Assembly (NCBI RefSeq): GCF_000142905.1
Contig: NW_013657660.1
Location: forward strand, 334,056 to 398,055
Source: Thecamonas trahens ATCC 50062
Taxonomy: Eukaryota > Protista > Apusomonadida
Direction: 5' to 3'
Length of the DNA: 64,000 bases
Position numbers and translations under genes: made by a program. The notes beneath the pieces are model-generated. The model was not told where the DNA came from, ran no database searches, and worked only from the letters and a program-made list of their open reading frames with translations. Positions 58,985 to 64,000 of this stretch are shown here, piece by piece. Each line of letters begins with the position of its first letter. The stretch's first letter is position 1.

Positions 58985-59229
58985 ACGTTGGCGCCAGTAT
59001 GTAGACTGCAACAGTGTTGAGTGTTCGCGGTGATGCTGGCAAGGTCCAAGCGAGCTAGCTTGGTGATGACGCCGACGAAGAGTAAACGCTGGCGCCAGTC
59101 ATAGGCAGCAGTCCTGAGTGTCGCCCAGCAGTTGCTCGGCGCGGGAGTCGGCGGCGACTCGCACCCGCTGTGGGAGCCCCGGCGTCAACCGGCACACTCC
59201 ACTTTGCGCATCGACAGCGAACACCACTC

Positions 59230-62200
59230 ATGGCGTTCAAGTTCGGGAGCGGCAAGAAGCCGGGAGGGTTTGGCGGCGGCGGTGGGTCCACCTTTGGTGG
59301 CGGTAACAAATCATCGTTTGGCGGTAGGTGGCAGGAGACAGAGCAGCGAGGAAGCAGAGGCGAGCGGGAAGGGGGCGGCAAGGAGGGTGAGGCAGAGAGT
59401 GGCGGGCGGCGGGGTGCGGTGACGAGTCACATTGGCAAGTCGCATTGGGCGGGAAGAGGGCCGGAGACTGACGGGACAGGGAGGGATGTACATGCACTGT
59501 GGGGGGTTATAGGTGGTGGCGGCGGGTTCGGCGCAAAGGCAGGAGGCTCTGGCTTTGGTGGTGCCGCGGCAGGTGGCGGCGGCTTTGGTGGAGGCGCCCG
59601 CAGTGGCTTTGGCGCCGGAGGCGCGGGATTCGGAGGCGGCGCAAAGTCCGCCACTGGCGGCTTTGGCGCAGGCGCTGCTGCAGGCGGTGCTGCCGGTGGA
59701 AACAGGTTCGGAGGCGGTGGAGGTGGCGCCTTTGGCGGCGGAGGTGGCGGGAGTACCTTTGGCGGTGGCGCTGGCGGGAGCAAGTTTGGCGCCGGCGCCG
59801 GTGCCGGGAACAAGTTTGGCGCCGGTGCCGGTGCCGGTGGCTTTGGCGGGAACAAGGCCGGCGGCTTTGGAGCCGGGGCAGGGGGAAACCGGTTTGGCGG
59901 TGGTGCCGCAGCTAGCGGTGGGGGCTTTGGCGCCTCTGGTGGGAGTGGATTCGGGGCTGGCTCCAACGGCGCCGCGGCTGCCGGCGAGACGGTCAAGTAC
60001 TCCATGACTCGGCATCCGGAGGAGCGCAACCAGAAGCTGGTCGACATCGCCGCCATGCCCACATACCGGGGCCAGTCAGCGCTCGAGCTGAGGGCCGCCA
60101 AGTACGGGTTTGCAACCGGTGGGGCTGGAAACACCGGCGCCGCTGCAGGGTTTGGCGCAGGCGCGGCGGCTGGCGGCGGCTTTGGGGCCAACAAGGCCGC
60201 CGGCGGTGGCTTTGGGGCCAACAAGGCTACCGGTGGCGGATTTGGCGGCGGCGGCGGCTTTGGGGCCAACAAGGCTGCAGGCGGCGGCTTTGGGGCCAAC
60301 AAGGCTGCAGGCGGCGGCTTTGGCGGCAACAGCGGCGGCTTTGGGGCCAACAAGGCTGCAGGCGGCGGTTTTGGCGGCAACAGCAGCGGCTTTGGGGCCA
60401 ACAAGGCTGCAGGCGGCGGTTTTGGCGGCAACAAGGCTGCAGGCGGTGGCTTTGGTGCCAGCAGCGGCGGCTTTGGGGGGAACAAGGCTGCAGGCGGTGG
60501 CTTTGGCAGCAACAGTAGCGGCGGCTTCAAGATGGGTGGTGGCAACAACGCTGGCAGCGGCGGCGGCTTCAAGATGGGTGGTGGCGGCGGCAACAATGTG
60601 CGGCGGCTTCAGATGGGCGGCGGCGGCGGCACATGTGCGCGGCGGCGGCGGCNNNNNNNNNNNNNNNNNNNNNNNNNNNNNNNNNNNNNNNNNNNNNNNN
60701 NNNNNNNNNNNNNNNNNNNNNNNNNNNNNNNNNNNNNNNNNNNNNNNNNNNNTGGTGGCGGCGGCTTCAAGATGGGCTGGGCGGCGGCGGCGGCACGCTG
60801 GCGGCGGCTTCAAGATGGGCGGCAACAACAACGCCGGCGGTGGTGGTGGCTTCAAGATGGGCGGCAACAACAACGCTGGCGGCGGTGGTTTCAAGATGGG
60901 CGGCAACAACAATGCTGGCGGTGGTGGCGGCTTCAAGATGGGCGGCAACAACAATGCTGGCGGTGGTGGCGGCTTCAAGATGGGCGGCAACAACAACGCC
61001 GGCGGCGGTGGTGGCTTCAAGATGGGCGGCAACAACAACGCTGGCGGCGGTGGCTTCAAGATGGGCGGCAACAACAATGCTGGTGGTGGTGGTGGCTTCA
61101 AGATGGGCGGCGGCAACGCTGGCGGCGGCGGTGGCTTCAAAATGGGCGGCGGCAACACTGGCAACAACAACGCTGGTGGCGGCGGCGGCTTCAAGATGGG
61201 CGGCGGTAACTCTGGCAACAACAACGCTGGTGGCGGTGGCGGCTTCAAGATGGGTGGCGGCGGCAACGGATCTGGTGGTGTGTTCAACAGCCAAAACCAG
61301 GTCGCTCAGGTCCAGGCGCAGGCGCAGGCGCAGATGACCAAGCTCCAGGCACAGCAAAACCAGAACGCACAGGGCCAGAACGCGCAAGGCCAGGGCCAAG
61401 GCCAGGATGGCGGAGAGCAAAAGCCGGCCGAGGGGCTCGGAGAGGCACGGTCGGCGTACGGACCCGACGTGTTCTCGGTTATCCAGTCGCTGCCGGCGCT
61501 GCCTGCCGCGCAGCCCAAGACACCGGTGGCGCACCGGCACCGCAAGACGCCGCGGTCGGCAGCGCGGATTCGTCCGCGCGGATACGCGCCGCCGGCCCAG
61601 ACATCGGCGCCAGTCCCGCTGCGGACGCCACGGTCAGCGCGGACCCGGGCATCGCAGCTGGAAATCAGCAACTTGCAGGCGGTGCAGACGCCGATGGGCG
61701 GAGTCTCGGGAGCCAGCCGTGACGGCGGCGAGGAGTTCTCGATGTTCGACATGTTTGTCTCGCGAGCGCTGGTTGACGAGGAGCGGCGGTCGCGGCGGAG
61801 TGCGCGGTCGTCAGCAGCATCGTCGGCAGCCACGTCGGGCAGAACAACGCCAGCTGTTGCGCACCACCACGAGCTGGCCGACGTCGCGGTGGTTGTCACG
61901 CCGCAGCTCGACAGGCTGCGGATCTCGGGAGAGATGGAGGTTGCGCCGTCTCCAGCCGCAGAGAAGCGCCAGCCGCTGCAAACGCTGTCGTCGAACCCAA
62001 GCCAGGCGGGCAGCAGCGGCAACAAGGCCGGCAGCAGCGCGGCGCAGGCGCGCAAGGCCGACGGCTCGGTCCTCACCAACCTCGTCTCGTCGGTCTCGTC
62101 GCTGTTTGGCGCCACGGGCGGCTCGCCACACGGCAGTTCCACAGTGCCGCGGCTCTCTAAGCCCGGCTACTTTACCGAGCCGTCGATGGCAGAGCTCGCG

Positions 62201-62614
62201 CGCATGACCGAGGACCAGCTGCGGGCGGTGCCGAACTTTGTCATCGGCTGCAAGGGTCTCGGCTCGATCCGGTTCGCCGGCACCACCGACGTCGTTGGCC
62301 TCGACCTCGACTCGCTCGTCGAGTTTGAAAACTCTGCTGTCACCGTGTACCCGGACGGCGTAGTCAAGCACCAGCACGGCGAGAAGCTCAACAAGCCCGC
62401 CGAGGTTCGGCTCCACTCATACCCCAAGTCCAAGGCCAAGTCGCGGAGCAAGAGCCGGACGAGCGCAGGCGTGTCCAGCAAGCGCATTGCCAAGCATCGC
62501 GAGCGGCTCCGCAAGGCCACTGAGCGCGCCGGTGCCGAGTTTATCTCCTATGACGCTGATGACCGCAAGCCCGAGGGGCTCTGGGTCTTCCGCGTCGACA
62601 GCTTTGACTCGTAA
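59230..62614 (+). CDS. NUP98: Nup98/Nup116-like FG nucleoporin; exon 1 is 59230-59323, intron 59324-59512, and the gene spans an N-gap
   Basis: GGFG repeats and a GLEBS-like segment 'DIAAMPTYRGQSALELRAAKY'. C-terminal Nup98 autoprotease-fold motifs: 'PRLSKPGYFTEPSMAELA', 'VPNFVIG..GLGSIRF', 'LNKPAEVRL', 'WVFRV'. Confidence 0.88.
60525..61262 (+). repeat. Coding tandem repeats of about 36-39 bp encoding GGFKMGGNNNAGG
   Basis: Read directly; at least 14 FKMG units, interrupted by the N-gap. Confidence 0.9.
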
Positions 62615-62670
62615 ACTACAAACGAACAAAGCGGGCGATGGATGAGGGCCGAGCCGGCAAAGCTCAACGT

Positions 62671-63999
62671 TTAAGACTCCCCACTCAGAGAGGTGGCCTC
62701 CGACGAGAGCTCGCCGTCGTCGCGCGAGAGCCGAGAAACCCGCGACATTTGCGAGTCGTCGTCGGAGCCCGAGACAGAGGTTGGCGCACCAGCGCACACA
62801 ACCTCATCATCATAGTCATAGTCGGACGACTCTGAGTTGACGCCGGCCTCCACCCGAGCCTTGTACTGCGAGTGGAGATCAGCCATCGAGACAAAGGTAG
62901 AAATGGCGCCCACCTGCGAGGCGGCAAGCCTGCGGAGGTGGGCAATGACCCTGTCTTCAGAGGCGATGGCAGCCTCGAGTGTGTCAACACGCGCAGTAGC
63001 GTCGGCGATGGCAGAGGTTTCAGCGTGGAGAACGGCCTGAAGGCGGGCAACCTCCTTGCGCAACAGCTTCTGCACAAACTTGGGATCTGACGCCGGCGCT
63101 GTGCCGGCAAAGACCGAAGGCCGCAAGTCCTTGAACCGCCCGATGGCCTTGGAGAGCGCGGTCGAGCCGTCAGATTCTCCACAAGTCTCGCCGAGCCGCT
63201 TTCGCTGGCGCGTTGCCTCGGCCGAAGCCTGGAGCTTAGCTGAGATCCGGCGCATGATCTTGCCGGCAACCACCCGCTCGTTGCGGGTCGACTCGTGCGA
63301 GGCGACTACGTGCGAGGCCGAGAGGAGCCAGAGCCTCTGCTTTGGCCCGACCTTGAGGAACAGGTTCATCGAGTGGATGTGGTGGTGACGGACCGAGAAG
63401 ACGCGGACATGGTTGGCAATGTCAAAGGCGAGCTTGTGAACTTTGTCGCGGAGGAACTCGTCCGACTCTCGGAGCGCCCACGGGACAGCGACAGACGGTG
63501 GGTTGCGGCCCTCGAAAACCTGCAGCCTGGTTGCGAGATCGACGTTGTCATCTTCAAACGCGTGGACGTTGCGGCGGCGCTCGAGGGTGGTGTCGAGGCC
63601 GGCGTAGGCGACTTTGATGGTCTCGTTGTGCACGCCGTGCGGATCGACAAACCGCTGCAGCACCATGTACTGGGTCATGGCCGACTCTTCAAAGGCCTCG
63701 TCAAACGACTCGGCGGTGAGGTACTTGACCGACATAAACGACTCGTCGCCGCCAACGTTGTGCCGGACCTTGGTGAGGGTGGCGAGCACAGGCCCGCGCC
63801 GGTACGAGGTCTCTCGCATGAGCGCCGCCCGCACAGTTGAGAGTCGGAGTCGGTCCTGCCGCTTCTTGAGAATGCGCCCGTCCTTGGACATGAAGAGCCA
63901 CTCGGCGGGCGCGCCGTCGATAAACAGCACCGTGTCTGGAATGAGGACGCCAGGGCACGACTCGAGATCGTCGTTCTTGAGATAGACGTAGTGCAGAAA
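62671..63999 (-). CDS. Hypothetical protein with C-terminal coiled coil, 5'-truncated at window edge
   Basis: The frame is open to the window end (FLHYVYLKN...IPDTVLFIDG...LQRFVDPHGVHNETI...LERRRN) and the composition looks globular. Confidence 0.7.
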   Translation of the reverse strand, partial: FLHYVYLKNDDLESCPGVLIPDTVLFIDGAPAEWLFMSKDGRILKKRQDRLRLSTVRAALMRETSYRRGPVLATLTKVRHNVGGDESFMSVKYLTAESFDEAFEESAMTQYMVLQRFVDPHGVHNETIKVAYAGLDTTLERRRNVHAFEDDNVDLATRLQVFEGRNPPSVAVPWALRESDEFLRDKVHKLAFDIANHVRVFSVRHHHIHSMNLFLKVGPKQRLWLLSASHVVASHESTRNERVVAGKIMRRISAKLQASAEATRQRKRLGETCGESDGSTALSKAIGRFKDLRPSVFAGTAPASDPKFVQKLLRKEVARLQAVLHAETSAIADATARVDTLEAAIASEDRVIAHLRRLAASQVGAISTFVSMADLHSQYKARVEAGVNSESSDYDYDDEVVCAGAPTSVSGSDDDSQMSRVSRLSRDDGELSSEATSLSGES

Positions 64000-64000
64000 G

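Noticed and set aside
60590-60800. Frameshifts flanking the N-gap in NUP98
   Set aside because: These are low-quality read ends inside a tandem repeat and are not biological.
1-64000. Numerous long antisense and alternate-frame ORFs, and any tRNA, rRNA or transposon
   Set aside because: The shadow ORFs are expected at high GC and show no motifs. No RNA gene or transposase signature was recognised by eye.

Overview
Gene-dense, GC-rich eukaryotic nuclear DNA with few introns (GTACGY/GTAGGT donors, YAG acceptors, C- or G-tract introns) and two N-gaps. The style suggests a free-living protist, possibly an apusomonad such as Thecamonas (inference only). About 23 protein-coding genes are present: a VPS9 GEF, casein kinase 1, a soluble adenylyl cyclase, two divergent MsrA paralogues, a Ctr copper transporter, mitochondrial FabD/MCAT, an NZF-ZnF-UBP-ankyrin protein, two giant surface proteins, a SUN protein, a Cdc34-type E2, DapF, a double-PARP protein, a PQ-loop transporter, an EF-hand PPP phosphatase, ZC3H15/Tma46 and a Nup98-like nucleoporin. 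About ten genes or gene junctions are split by apparent single G/C deletions, probably sequencing errors, and repairing them reveals the real architectures. Top candidates for novelty are (1) an apparently tail-less fused histone triplet H2B-H2A-H3 (54367-53262, minus strand), an arrangement best known from giant viruses, and (2) one ORF fusing a cAMP-receptor-like 7TM GPCR, a PH-interrupted degenerate PIP-kinase domain and an MFS transporter (7960 to about 3246, minus strand). All domain calls come from motif recognition by eye; no searches were run.
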